A DNA stretch of 64,000 bases from a bacterium (GCA_021824345.1 JAKAKW010000011.1:9074-73073), one strand, 5' to 3'. Positions 26,718 through 36,891 are shown, counted from the stretch's first letter. Notes: a model not told the origin generated them from the sequence alone. Numbers and translations: made by a program.

Positions 26718-27362
26718 ATGAAAATCACAAAGCTTGGGCATTGTTGCCTCATTATTGAAGAAAACGGAAAGAGGATTATGACTGATCCGGGTTCTTTTAC
26801 CGCGGAAGAGCAGAAGAAAGAGAAAGATATCGATGTCATTCTTTTTACCCACGAGCACGGCGACCACTACCACCTTGAATCGCTGAAGGAAATTCTGAAG
26901 AACAGTCCGAATGCGAAAATAATCACAAATGCCGGCGTGGGGAAGCTTCTGGACGAAGCCGGCATAAAGTATGAAATCATGCCGGACAAAACTTCCAAGG
27001 AAGTTTTGTCCGGCATAGAACTGGAAGCGCATGACTGCAAGCATGGGGAAATTTTTGAAGAATACGGCCAGGTGCCGAACACCGGCTTCTTTATCGGCAA
27101 GCGCCTATTTTATCCTGGAGACTCATATTACAATCCCGGCAAGCCAGTGGAAATCCTTGCGCTTCCCGTGGCCGGCCCGTGGGCGAAGGTGGCGGACTTT
27201 ATGCGCTATGCATTGGATGTAAAACCGAAAGTATGTTGTCCGGTGCATGATGGCATGCTGGGAAAATATTCCGGGCTTGCGTATTGGGTGCCAGAAAAAG
27301 TGCTTCCTGAGAATGGGATTTCTTTCAAGATTCTTGAAAAAGGCAAAACGGAGGAATTTTAG
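26718..27362 (+). CDS. MBL-fold metal-dependent hydrolase
   Basis: HEHGDHYH (HxHxDH) motif and UPF0173-like layout. Confidence 0.8.
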   Translation: MKITKLGHCCLIIEENGKRIMTDPGSFTAEEQKKEKDIDVILFTHEHGDHYHLESLKEILKNSPNAKIITNAGVGKLLDEAGIKYEIMPDKTSKEVLSGIELEAHDCKHGEIFEEYGQVPNTGFFIGKRLFYPGDSYYNPGKPVEILALPVAGPWAKVADFMRYALDVKPKVCCPVHDGMLGKYSGLAYWVPEKVLPENGISFKILEKGKTEEF

Positions 27363-27370
27363 TTTCTAAA

Positions 27371-27961
27371 ATGCACCACATATACCATACTGAAGGGATT
27401 ATTTTGGGAAGCCGAAACTACGGCGAGTCCGGGAAATATTATTATCTCTTTACTCGCGATTTGGGAATGATAACGGCGGCCGCCCGCGGGGTGCGCAAGA
27501 TGCCTTCCAAATTGCGTTATATTTTAAGTGATTTTTCCTACATTAAAACAGACCTGGTGCGGGGAAAAGATTTTTGGCGGATCACCAGCGCGTCCAAAAC
27601 CAATACATTGGAAAAAATTTCCAAGCATCCCGAAACTCTGAGGATTTTTGCCGGTATTTCCCGCCTGCTTAGGAAACTGTTGGCCGGCGAAGAGCCCAAT
27701 ACTGAACTCTTTGACGACCTATTAAAAGGCCTGGAAGCGCTTGAAAAATGTTCCGATGACGGGGAGCTTCGCGACATCGAAGCGGTGGTGGTGCTTCGGG
27801 TCCTGTACAAGCTCGGATATGTGGGCGCAGACGAATCCGTGGAAAGCCTCGCGCGCTCTCCTTTTGCGGGGGACATGGCATACCGCGCGGCTTCCCAAAG
27901 AAAAAAAATTCTCTCCGAAATCAACAAGGCTCTGCGGGAAAGCATGCTATATGGCGCGTAA
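27371..27961 (+). CDS. recO: DNA repair protein RecO (short form)
   Basis: N-terminal OB-fold segment TEGIILGSRNYGESGKYYYLFTRDLGMITAAARGVRK matches RecO (EGIVL.S..YGE.D.I..LLT...G......G.R). Confidence 0.7.
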   Translation: MHHIYHTEGIILGSRNYGESGKYYYLFTRDLGMITAAARGVRKMPSKLRYILSDFSYIKTDLVRGKDFWRITSASKTNTLEKISKHPETLRIFAGISRLLRKLLAGEEPNTELFDDLLKGLEALEKCSDDGELRDIEAVVVLRVLYKLGYVGADESVESLARSPFAGDMAYRAASQRKKILSEINKALRESMLYGA

Positions 27962-28048
27962 AGCGCCTTATAACAGCCAGCAAGGGCGCCGAACAAATAC
28001 CCTTCGGGCATTTGTTTCCGTCCTCGCTTGTTGTTATAATTACAAATT

Positions 28049-29974
28049 ATGGCAGGAGACTCAGACAAATTAAATCGGCTGGAAGAATTAAAAACAAAGC
28101 TTTCCGGGAAAAATTATCGAATGAAAATCGGCAACCGAGAAGACTTTGTCCATCCATACAAAAGCGAGATATCTGATTCATGGGGAGGAAAAGAAAAAGA
28201 GAAGGAATCATTTTCGGACAAATTTTTTACCCAGACCTCCGCTTTCAAAAAATTTTTCATTTTTTCCATAATATTTTTCATACTTGCGGCCGGGTTCGCC
28301 GCTTTCACTTTTTTCTTCAAGGGCAATACCATTTCCAACAGCAATATCGGAATATCCGTGCTGGGCAATCCATTTGCGGCCGGCGGGGAGCCGCTTTCTC
28401 TGCAAATAGAAATTACGAACAAAAACAGTTCGCCTCTCGAGCTGGCCGATCTTTTGGTGGAGTATCCGAAAAGCGCTTCGGACAGCCTGGCTTCAAACGC
28501 TGAAAGGCAAAGAATAAACATCGGCACCGTTCCCGCCGGCGGGGTGCGGGATGAGAATGTAACCGTGGTGCTTTATGGCGAACAAGGAAGCGTGAAGCCG
28601 GTGAAAATAACTCTGGAATATCGAGTGGAAGGATCCAACGCCATCTTTGTGAAAGAGAAGGACTATCAAGTTTCCATCAACTCCACTCCTTTGTCTCTTT
28701 CCATTGATGTCCCTCCGAACGTCAGTCCGAATCAGAATGTTACCTTGAACATAAAAACCACATTGAATTCCACCATACCCGCAAAGAACATATTGGTCAG
28801 CGCGGACTACCCGGTGGGATTCCAGTTTGTATCGGCCAATCCCGCTCCGTCTTTCGGGAACAATGTCTGGACCCTTGGAGATCTGGCGCCCGGAGTGGAA
28901 AGGGATATTTCCGTTACCGGAAAAATAATAGGGGCGGCCAGCGGAGAGGACAAGACTTTTCACATATACAGCGGTTCGGAGAGCGATACCGATCAGTCAA
29001 AAATAGGCATAATTTTCAATTCACTTTCTCAGACGATAGCCGTGGAGAAGCCTTTCATTGCCGCCATGCTCTACCTCAACGGATCATATCAGGATCAGTA
29101 TGCGGTAGACGAAAGCACTCCTTTGGTGGGGGAGATACATTGGGCCAACAATCTTGATACCCAAGTAAACGATATGCGAATTACCGCCAAGATTTCCGGC
29201 AACGCCATGGATCCCGCTCAGATATCTTCCCAAGACGGGTTCTACGATTCCACCAAGGATTCCATCGTCTGGGATAAAAATTCGGACAGCGATCTTTCAC
29301 AGGTGGCTCCGGGCGGATCCGGGGTGGTGAAATTTACCATGTCTCCGCTGCCTCTCTACGGATCAAACGGACTCCTGTCCAATCCTTCCATCCGCATAGA
29401 TGTGTCGGTCTCGGGGAAACAGCCTCTTTCGGGCAATGCCTCCACCGATTTGCAAAATTCAGAATCAAAAACAGTTAAAATAATTTCGGATGTGGGATTG
29501 TCCGCCCAGGCCTTCTATTCTTCCGGACCATTTCAGAATTCCGGACCGGTTCCGCCGAAAGTCGGACAGAAAACCACTTACACTGTCACCTGGTCCGTGA
29601 CCAATACGGCCAACAATATATCCAAGGCGCAGGTAAAATCTTCTTTGCCTCCATGGATAGATTACGCCGGGATAGTTTCTCCCCCTTCAGAGGATTTCAG
29701 CTATAATCCTTCCACCAAGCAATTGGTTTGGAATGTCGGAAACATCGCCAAAGGGACGGGTATCACCGGCGGCAGCCGGCAAGTGAGCTTCCAAATAGAG
29801 TTCACGCCGTCGCTCTCCCAAGTCGGGGCCGCTCCCACCCTGGTGAACGACGCCGTTTTGACCGGGCATGATGATTTTGCTAATGTAGACGTGACGGTGA
29901 ACAAGACCGCCTTGAGCACCAGGCTCGGCAGTGATCCGAATTTCCCGGCCAGCGGAGAAAGGGTAGTGCAGTAG
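28049..29974 (+). CDS. Hypothetical membrane-anchored extracellular repeat protein
   Basis: Short charged N-terminus, one TM helix (FFIFSIIFFILAAGFAAFTFFF), then about 550 aa of beta-rich Ig/CARDB-like repeats; no catalytic motifs. Confidence 0.65.
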   Translation: MAGDSDKLNRLEELKTKLSGKNYRMKIGNREDFVHPYKSEISDSWGGKEKEKESFSDKFFTQTSAFKKFFIFSIIFFILAAGFAAFTFFFKGNTISNSNIGISVLGNPFAAGGEPLSLQIEITNKNSSPLELADLLVEYPKSASDSLASNAERQRINIGTVPAGGVRDENVTVVLYGEQGSVKPVKITLEYRVEGSNAIFVKEKDYQVSINSTPLSLSIDVPPNVSPNQNVTLNIKTTLNSTIPAKNILVSADYPVGFQFVSANPAPSFGNNVWTLGDLAPGVERDISVTGKIIGAASGEDKTFHIYSGSESDTDQSKIGIIFNSLSQTIAVEKPFIAAMLYLNGSYQDQYAVDESTPLVGEIHWANNLDTQVNDMRITAKISGNAMDPAQISSQDGFYDSTKDSIVWDKNSDSDLSQVAPGGSGVVKFTMSPLPLYGSNGLLSNPSIRIDVSVSGKQPLSGNASTDLQNSESKTVKIISDVGLSAQAFYSSGPFQNSGPVPPKVGQKTTYTVTWSVTNTANNISKAQVKSSLPPWIDYAGIVSPPSEDFSYNPSTKQLVWNVGNIAKGTGITGGSRQVSFQIEFTPSLSQVGAAPTLVNDAVLTGHDDFANVDVTVNKTALSTRLGSDPNFPASGERVVQ

Positions 29975-29983
29975 AAAGAAAAA

Positions 29984-31327
29984 ATGAGCAAAGAAAAAAA
30001 ATCGGAAGAGAACAATTTGATGGAAAAAATCGTGTCGCTCTCTAAGCGGCGGGGGTTCATTTTCCAAGGATCGGAAATATACGGAGGCTTGGCCGGCACC
30101 TGGGATTACGGCCCCTTGGGACTGGCCCTGAAGAAAAATATAGAAAGCCTGTGGTGGAACCGCTTTGTGGATTCGCGGGAGGATATGTACGGCATCGACT
30201 CCGCGATACTGATGAATCCGCGAGTGTGGGAGGCGAGCGGGCATGTGTCCGGTTTTTCCGATCCTCTGGTGCAGTGTGAAAAATGCAAGCGCCGTTTCCG
30301 GGCGGATCATTTGGAAAACGCTTCAAAATGCCCGGATTGCGGAGGAAAACTCGGGGAACCCAGGCAATTCAATATGATGTTCAGAACCTCCGTCGGTTCG
30401 GTGGACGGTTCGGATATGGCGGTATATTTGCGTCCGGAAACGGCGCAGGGAATGTTCGTGAATTTCAAAAATATTATTGATTCATATCATCCCAGAATGC
30501 CTTTCGGCATAGCCCAAATCGGCCGGGCTTTTCGGAACGAAATCGCTCCCCGCGATTTTATCTTCCGGGTAAGAGAGTTGGAAATCATGGAATTTGAATA
30601 TTTTGTTCGGGAAGATGAGTGGAAGGGCATTTTTGAGTATTGGCGCAAAGAAATGCTTTCCTGGTTTTTATCGCTCGGTTTTGAAGAAAGCGACATAAAG
30701 GAAGTGGAAATACCGGAGGAAGATCGAGCGCACTATTCCAAGCGCACCGTAGATTTTCATTTCAATTTCCCCCATAAATTTGATGAAATTGCCGGCCTCG
30801 CTTATCGCACCGGTTTCGATCTGGAGAACCACATCAGGGAGAGCGGATCGGATTTGTCGTATTTGGATCCGGTGTCCGGCGAAAGATTCGTCCCTCACGC
30901 GCTTGAGCCCACTTTCGGCCTCGGCCGGCATCTTTTGGCCGTTCTATCCAAGGCTTATACCGAAGACAATCTCGGCGGAGAAACAAGAGTTTTTCTAAAA
31001 TTCCCCGCAAGGCTGGCACCGATCAAAGCGGCCGTGTTTCCTTTGCTCAAAAACAAGCCGGAATTGGTAAAAAAAGCGAGAGATATATATGAGACCCTGA
31101 AGAAAGAAGTGCCTCAGACTGAATTTGACGACAACGGCAACATCGGCAAGCGCTATCGCCGGCAGGATGAAATCGGCACTCCCTGGTGCATTGTGGCGGA
31201 TTTCGACACCTTGGAAGACGACACGGTTACAGTTCGCGACAGGGATACCGGAAAACAGGAGAGGATGAAAATTGCGGAACTGTCCGGATATATTAAAGAA
31301 AAGCTGGCGGCAGGAAGTTTGCGATAG
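29984..31327 (+). CDS. glyQS: Glycine--tRNA ligase (alpha2 dimeric type)
   Basis: RRGFIFQGSEIYGGLAGTWDYGPLG..., class II motifs, insertion domain with the C..C pair. Confidence 0.9.
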   Translation: MSKEKKSEENNLMEKIVSLSKRRGFIFQGSEIYGGLAGTWDYGPLGLALKKNIESLWWNRFVDSREDMYGIDSAILMNPRVWEASGHVSGFSDPLVQCEKCKRRFRADHLENASKCPDCGGKLGEPRQFNMMFRTSVGSVDGSDMAVYLRPETAQGMFVNFKNIIDSYHPRMPFGIAQIGRAFRNEIAPRDFIFRVRELEIMEFEYFVREDEWKGIFEYWRKEMLSWFLSLGFEESDIKEVEIPEEDRAHYSKRTVDFHFNFPHKFDEIAGLAYRTGFDLENHIRESGSDLSYLDPVSGERFVPHALEPTFGLGRHLLAVLSKAYTEDNLGGETRVFLKFPARLAPIKAAVFPLLKNKPELVKKARDIYETLKKEVPQTEFDDNGNIGKRYRRQDEIGTPWCIVADFDTLEDDTVTVRDRDTGKQERMKIAELSGYIKEKLAAGSLR

Positions 31328-31352
31328 GAAAACAGCGGGTGCACGGCAGCAG

Positions 31353-31446
31353 CGGGAGAGTGGGAGGCCTTGCCTCCCACTTTTTAATATGTGTCCTGCC
31401 AGGCCACGACTTCTAGGAGTGGGAGGCAAGGCCTCCCACTCTCCCG
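31353..31446. repeat. Pair of family-B palindromes in inverted orientation with extended 28-bp arms, flanking a 37-nt spacer
   Basis: cgggagagtgggaggccttgcctcccac (31353-80) ... agtgggaggcaaggcctcccactctcccg (31418-46); MITE-like or nested-hairpin architecture between glyQS and the M16 peptidase gene. Confidence 0.65.
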
Positions 31447-31487
31447 CCGGGCTTCCTACAAGCTTTTGATTATGGTATGTTTTATGG

Positions 31488-32756
31488 ATGAAAATCTCCA
31501 AGAAAATTCTTTCCAACGGCCTTCGGGTGGTGGCCATACCGATGAAAGACAATCCGACTGTTACCGTGCTGGTGCTGGTGGAAGCGGGATCCAAGTACGA
31601 ACCCGCCCGGCAGAACGGCATCTCCCATTTTTTGGAGCATATGTGCTGGAAAGGCACCCTGAAGCGTCCGGGGTCCGTGGATATTTCCCGGGAACTGGAC
31701 GAGCTCGGCAGTTCATACAACGCTTTTACTTCCCACGAATTCACCGGATACTACGCCAAGTCCGACGGCCGGCACTTCCGGAAAATTTTTGAATTGCTGT
31801 CGGATATTTATCTGCACCCTGTTTTTCCTGAAGCGGAAATAGAGAAGGAAAAAGGAGTGATCATGGAGGAAATGAACATGTACCGCGATATTCCGCAGCG
31901 GCACATTGACGATCTGTTTATGAAGCTTCTTTACGGGCCTTCTCCGGCCGGGCGAGGCATCTTAGGCTCCCGGGAGAGCGTTTCCGGGCTCAAACAAAGA
32001 GATCTTTTGCGCTATCACTCCATGCATTATCTGCCGGAATCCACCGTAATTGCGGTGGCGGGAAAAGTTTCCGAGAGGGAAGTGATGGAAGAAGCGAGGA
32101 AGATATTCGGGAATGTGAAGCGCGGAAGAAAGGCCGGCAAGCCGAAGGTGCGGGAAAGCCAGAAAAAACCCGCCGTTTTGATTGAATACAAAAAAACCGA
32201 CCAGGCGCATTTCATGCTCGGAGTCAGAACTTACAGCATGTTTGACAAGCGGTCGCCGGCTCTTGCCCTTCTTTCCTCGGTGCTTACCGGAGGAATGAGT
32301 TCCCGCTTGTTTATAAAATTGAGAGAAGAAATGGGAGCGGGATACTACGTGCGTTCCGACAATGATACTTTTACCGACCACGGATTCTTCCAGATTTCCG
32401 CCGGAGTGGACAAGAAGAGGATAAAAGAAGCGCTTCGGGCGGTGCTGGCCGAATGCCGGAAGCTGGCGGAAAAAGAAGTTTCCAAAAGGGAACTGGACAA
32501 GGCGAAAGAGATCTTGATAAGCGGAATGAAATTCTCTCTGGAATCCAGCGACGACATCGCCGATTTTTACGGAGGACAGGAAGTGCTAAAAAGGAAGATG
32601 GTTTCTTCCGAAGAGAAAGCCAGAAGGATCAGGGCCGTCACTCCCGCCCTGCTTCGCAAAACAGCCGAGGAAATTTTCAAAGACGGGAGCCTGAATCTGG
32701 CCCTGATCGGCCCTTTCCGGCAGAAGGGAGAATTTTTGAAAATGCTCAAATTCTGA
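31488..32756 (+). CDS. M16-family zinc peptidase (pitrilysin/insulinase-like)
   Basis: HFLEHMCWKGT inverted zinc-binding HxxEH motif with the downstream E. Confidence 0.85.
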   Translation: MKISKKILSNGLRVVAIPMKDNPTVTVLVLVEAGSKYEPARQNGISHFLEHMCWKGTLKRPGSVDISRELDELGSSYNAFTSHEFTGYYAKSDGRHFRKIFELLSDIYLHPVFPEAEIEKEKGVIMEEMNMYRDIPQRHIDDLFMKLLYGPSPAGRGILGSRESVSGLKQRDLLRYHSMHYLPESTVIAVAGKVSEREVMEEARKIFGNVKRGRKAGKPKVRESQKKPAVLIEYKKTDQAHFMLGVRTYSMFDKRSPALALLSSVLTGGMSSRLFIKLREEMGAGYYVRSDNDTFTDHGFFQISAGVDKKRIKEALRAVLAECRKLAEKEVSKRELDKAKEILISGMKFSLESSDDIADFYGGQEVLKRKMVSSEEKARRIRAVTPALLRKTAEEIFKDGSLNLALIGPFRQKGEFLKMLKF

Positions 32757-32768
32757 TATTATATCAGT

Positions 32769-33851
32769 ATGTCCGACGGGAAGAACAAACTCTCCATCTC
32801 CATATCCACCGACACCATGCTTCGGGCGGTTTTGGTGGCGCTCGGGGTGTTTCTCATTTGGCGCCTGCACGATCTGGTAATGGTTATTCTGACCGCAATC
32901 GTGGTCGCTTCCTTTGTGGAATCCGCCATTCCCCACCTTCAAAAGCTGCGGCTGGGAAGGGTCGCGGGGGTTGTCATACTTTACATTATTACCCTGCTTA
33001 TTCTCGGGGGGCTGTTTTATATCTTCGTCCCTCTTCTGATCGCGGAGATCTACAATATTTCAAGCGTTCTTTCCAACTACATTCCAAATGTGGCATTTCT
33101 CGACGCCCTCAAGGCCGGCTTTTCCGGAGCTCAAAATATCGTGTCCAGCCTGCCGTCCGGCAACATCACTTTTTCTTCCTTGCTTTCCACGTCCAGCGCC
33201 TTTATCGGGAATCTTTCGGGCGGATTTTTCCAGACTTTATCTCTTGCCTTCGGCAGTATCGTGAACGTGGTGCTTATCATCCTCATTTCTTTCTATCTTT
33301 CCATTCAGAAAAACGGCATAGAGAATTTTTTGCAGATAATCTTTCCGGCCCAGTACGAAGAGTATGTGCTTGACCTATGGCGCAGAACCAGGAGAAAAAT
33401 CGCCTTTTGGATGAGGGGACAGATGCTCCTCGGAGTGATCATCGGGGTGCTGACTTATCTGGTCCTGACTCTGCTCGGAAGCGAATATTCACTGCTCTTG
33501 GCCATCATCTCCGGCATCACCGAGCTCATTCCTTACGGCATTCTTATCGCCCTCATTCCCGCCGTGTCTTTTTCATACATTTCCGGCGGAATTTCCATGG
33601 CCCTCTTGGTGGCCGGCGCGTATTTGATAATTCACCAGTTTGAAGCGTATCTCTTTACTCCGCTTATCATGCAGAAAGTGGTGGGGCTTTCGCCTTTAGT
33701 GGTAATCCTGGCCGCCTTGGTGGGACTCGAGCTCGGCGGATTCTGGGGCCTGGTGCTGGCCATCCCGGGCGCGGTGTTTATCATGGAACTGGTAGGCGAT
33801 TTGGAAAAAAGAAAAGCTTTCCGAAAAGAAAATCCCCGCTCGGAATCGTGA
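32769..33851 (+). CDS. AI-2E family (PerM/UPF0118) transporter
   Basis: 8-TM layout with a conserved C-terminal region (LIPYG...HQFEAYLFTPLIM). Confidence 0.8.
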   Translation: MSDGKNKLSISISTDTMLRAVLVALGVFLIWRLHDLVMVILTAIVVASFVESAIPHLQKLRLGRVAGVVILYIITLLILGGLFYIFVPLLIAEIYNISSVLSNYIPNVAFLDALKAGFSGAQNIVSSLPSGNITFSSLLSTSSAFIGNLSGGFFQTLSLAFGSIVNVVLIILISFYLSIQKNGIENFLQIIFPAQYEEYVLDLWRRTRRKIAFWMRGQMLLGVIIGVLTYLVLTLLGSEYSLLLAIISGITELIPYGILIALIPAVSFSYISGGISMALLVAGAYLIIHQFEAYLFTPLIMQKVVGLSPLVVILAALVGLELGGFWGLVLAIPGAVFIMELVGDLEKRKAFRKENPRSES

Positions 33852-35305
33852 AAAATTTCTATATTACAACCACTCTTCCTTATGTAAACGCGCCCCTGCA
33901 CATGGGACACGCCCTTGAGTTCGTGCGGGCGGACGCCGTAGCCAGATACAAGAAATTGATCGGCTTTGAAGTATTCTTCAATACCGGCACCGACGAGCAT
34001 GGAATGAAAATTTTCGAGCGGGCGGAGGACGAAGGCATGAGCCCCCAGAAATTCGTGGATGAGAGCTACGCCAAATTCCGCGAGTCGGTGAAAATTTTCG
34101 GCATCATGCCGGAGGCGCATTTTATCCGCACCACGGAAGAGAGGCATATAAAGGCGGCCCGGGAATTCTGGCAAAGATGCAAGGATGGCAAGGATGAAAA
34201 CGGGCAGTCGTATATATACAAGAAGAACTACAAGGCGAAATATTGCGTCGGCTGCGAAGAAGAAAAATCCGATTCGGAGCTGGAGAACGGAGAATGCCCG
34301 CTCCATCCCGGCCGCCCGCTTGAGGTCATTGAAGAGGAAAATTATTTCTTCCGATACAGCTCGCTTCAGAATAAATTGCTCAAGTTTTATGAAGACAACC
34401 CCGATTTTGTCGTTCCCGATTTTCGCTTCAATGAAGTAAAACAATTCGTCTCCGGAGGACTGCGGGACTTTTCCATTTCGCGTTTGAAAGAAAAGATGCC
34501 CTGGGGCATTCCGGTGCCCGGGGACCCTGACCATGTGATGTATGTGTGGTTTGACGCTCTAACCAACTATATTTCCACTCTCGGCTGGCCGGAGGACGAA
34601 GACGGGCTCTTTGAAAAATTCTGGGCGAACGGAACGCCCGTTCAATATTGCGGAAAGGACAATACCCGCTTCCAGGCGGCCATGTGGCAGGCCATGCTCA
34701 TGGCGGCCGGCGCGCCCAATTCGCACAAGGTAATAGTGGACGGCTTTATCACCGGCGAAGGAGGAGTGCGCATGTCCAAAACCATCGGCAATGTGGTGGA
34801 CCCGAAGGATATCGCCGAAGAATACGGCACCGATGCCCTGCGATATTTCCTTCTCGGGGAGGTATCAAGTTTTGAAGACAGCCCGTTTACCATGGAGCGA
34901 TTCAAAAACGCATACAACGCCAAACTGGCGAACGGATTGGGAAACCTTGCTTCGCGCATCCTCACTCTTTCCGAAAAATATTTGGAAAAGTGTCCGGAAA
35001 TACCGGAAAAATCCATACCGCAGGAATTTTTTGATTATTTTGAAAAGTTTGACATGCAGAAGGCGGTTGAATTCGCATGGAACAAAATCCAGGCGCTGGA
35101 TAAAAGAATCCAGGAAGAACAGCCGTTCAAAGTAGTGAAGACCGACGAGGAGAAAGGGAAGGAGATAATAAAAGAGCTGGTGCTGGAGCTCTATGCCGTT
35201 GCCCGGATGCTCAATCCTCTTCTGCCCGAGACGAACGTGAAGCTTAAAAAACTGATTCGCGAAAACAAAAAGCCCGAAACTCCGCTTTTTCCCCGCAAAG
35301 ATTAG
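33848..35305 (+). CDS. metG: Methionine--tRNA ligase (core, no C-terminal dimerisation domain)
   Basis: LPYVNAPLHMGHALE (HIGH-type), KMSKTIGNVVDP (KMSKS), CxxC...CP zinc knuckle. Confidence 0.9.
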   Translation: MKNFYITTTLPYVNAPLHMGHALEFVRADAVARYKKLIGFEVFFNTGTDEHGMKIFERAEDEGMSPQKFVDESYAKFRESVKIFGIMPEAHFIRTTEERHIKAAREFWQRCKDGKDENGQSYIYKKNYKAKYCVGCEEEKSDSELENGECPLHPGRPLEVIEEENYFFRYSSLQNKLLKFYEDNPDFVVPDFRFNEVKQFVSGGLRDFSISRLKEKMPWGIPVPGDPDHVMYVWFDALTNYISTLGWPEDEDGLFEKFWANGTPVQYCGKDNTRFQAAMWQAMLMAAGAPNSHKVIVDGFITGEGGVRMSKTIGNVVDPKDIAEEYGTDALRYFLLGEVSSFEDSPFTMERFKNAYNAKLANGLGNLASRILTLSEKYLEKCPEIPEKSIPQEFFDYFEKFDMQKAVEFAWNKIQALDKRIQEEQPFKVVKTDEEKGKEIIKELVLELYAVARMLNPLLPETNVKLKKLIRENKKPETPLFPRKD

Positions 35306-35307
35306 CC

Positions 35308-36123
35308 ATGCCGAAATACATAGATATACATTGCCATACGAACTTTCAGGTGTTCAAAGAAGATTATAAAGACGTTATAAAGCGGGCGCTCCGGGGCGAT
35401 ACCTGGCTCATAAATGTCGGCACCCAGGCGGATACTTCCCAAAGGGCCATAGAAATCGCCCGTGAATATCCGGAAGGAGTTTATGCTTCCATCGGCCTGC
35501 ATCCCATTCATACCGGCAAGTCATATCACGACGAGAAGGAGCTCGGGGAGGGAGGCGCGGAATTCACTTCCCGGGGAGAGGTTTTTGACCATGATACGTA
35601 TCTTGCCTTGGCGAAAGATCCGAAGACGGTTGCAATAGGGGAATGCGGCCTTGATTACTATCGCACCGAACCCGAATCCATTGAAAAGCAAAAGCAGGCG
35701 TTCATCGCGCAGATAGAATTGGCCAATGAAGTTGGCAAGCCTCTCATGCTTCATGTGCGCGACGCTTACGAAGATACTCTGGAAATTTTAAAAAAGTATG
35801 CCAAAGTAAAGGGAGCGGTGCATTTTTTTGTCGGCACGCCCGCGCAGGCGAAAAATTTTCTGGATTTTGGTTTTATGCTTTCCTTTACCGGAGTGCTGAC
35901 TTTCACTCATGATTATGATGAGGTTGTAAAAGCCGCTCCGCTTGATATGATTTTGAACGACACTGATTCGCCTTATGTGGCTCCCGTGCCGCACAGGGGA
36001 AAACAAAACGAGCCGGCGTACATACGGGAAGTGACAAAGAGAATCGCCGAGCTGAAAGGAATATCTGAAGAAGAAGCGGCCTCCGCCATCATGGCAAACG
36101 CCCGGCGGCTGTTCAAGATCTAG
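35308..36123 (+). CDS. tatD: TatD-family metal-dependent hydrolase
   Basis: IDIHCHTNF (HxH) start and the TatD conserved His/Glu/Asp pattern. Confidence 0.85.
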   Translation: MPKYIDIHCHTNFQVFKEDYKDVIKRALRGDTWLINVGTQADTSQRAIEIAREYPEGVYASIGLHPIHTGKSYHDEKELGEGGAEFTSRGEVFDHDTYLALAKDPKTVAIGECGLDYYRTEPESIEKQKQAFIAQIELANEVGKPLMLHVRDAYEDTLEILKKYAKVKGAVHFFVGTPAQAKNFLDFGFMLSFTGVLTFTHDYDEVVKAAPLDMILNDTDSPYVAPVPHRGKQNEPAYIREVTKRIAELKGISEEEAASAIMANARRLFKI

Positions 36124-36127
36124 AAGG

Positions 36128-36241
36128 GCCGGGGAACGCACAGGAGTTCTGCTAGGTCCTCGTTCTCCTCGCTTTAGGTCCGCTTCTACGAAGCTGGAAG
36201 CTCGGCCAGACCATCGCAGAGCTCCTGTGCGTTCCCCGGCC
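36128..36241. repeat. MITE/RPE-like element: 26-bp inverted repeats flanking a 62-nt core shared with ileS
   Basis: ggccggggaacgcacaggagttctgc (36128-53) pairs with gcagagctcctgtgcgttccccggcc (36216-41) with one mismatch. The core 36154-36215 matches ileS 23062-23128. Confidence 0.65.
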
Positions 36242-36294
36242 TATTCATATTCCTTTCGGCCTGAAATTGGACTTTTAAAGCCCTTTCTGTTAAT

Positions 36295-36849
36295 ATGCAG
36301 CATATGTCAGAGACGGAAAACGATGACAAAAAATCCGCAGAAATCGCGGAAAATAAAGACACGGCCGAATCGGCAAAATCCGCCGGGAAGCAGATATACG
36401 AGCTCGGCTATCTTTTGGTGCCCACCATTGCTGAGGAAAACGCCCCTGCGTTGTTCGGCAACCTGAAAGAATTAGTGGTTTCTTTCGGCGGAGAGATAAT
36501 TTCCAGCGAAATGCCCAGAATGATCCGCCTTGCTTATGTAATGGCCAAAACCATTGATAACGTAAAAAACAAGTTTGATACGGCATATTTCGGATGGATA
36601 AAGTTTGAGGCGGAAAAGAGCGCCGTCGCTGAAATAAAGAAGAAGCTTGACGCAAACACCGACCTTATCCGCTTCCTGATCACCAAAACCGTCCGGGAAA
36701 ACACTCTTGCTCCGAAGAAGTTCAGCGGAGGCGGTTCAAGCAGGTATCGCGGATCCGCCGAACACAAGGAGGAAAAAGAGCCCTCCGCTCCCATGGATGA
36801 AGAGAAAGTGGACAAGGAAATAGAAGCCCTGGTAACCGAGGCGGCTTAA
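36295..36849 (+). CDS. rpsF: 30S ribosomal protein S6 with N- and C-terminal extensions
   Basis: Core IYELGYLLVPTIAEENAPALFGNLKELV...RLAYVM...DLIRFLITKT matches S6; rpsF-ssb-rpsR operon context. Start could be 36295 or 36304. Long charged C-terminal tail. Confidence 0.7.
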   Translation: MQHMSETENDDKKSAEIAENKDTAESAKSAGKQIYELGYLLVPTIAEENAPALFGNLKELVVSFGGEIISSEMPRMIRLAYVMAKTIDNVKNKFDTAYFGWIKFEAEKSAVAEIKKKLDANTDLIRFLITKTVRENTLAPKKFSGGGSSRYRGSAEHKEEKEPSAPMDEEKVDKEIEALVTEAA

Positions 36850-36891
36850 TTATCATTAACCAGCCGCGGAGATGGCGCTTATAAAAATAAC

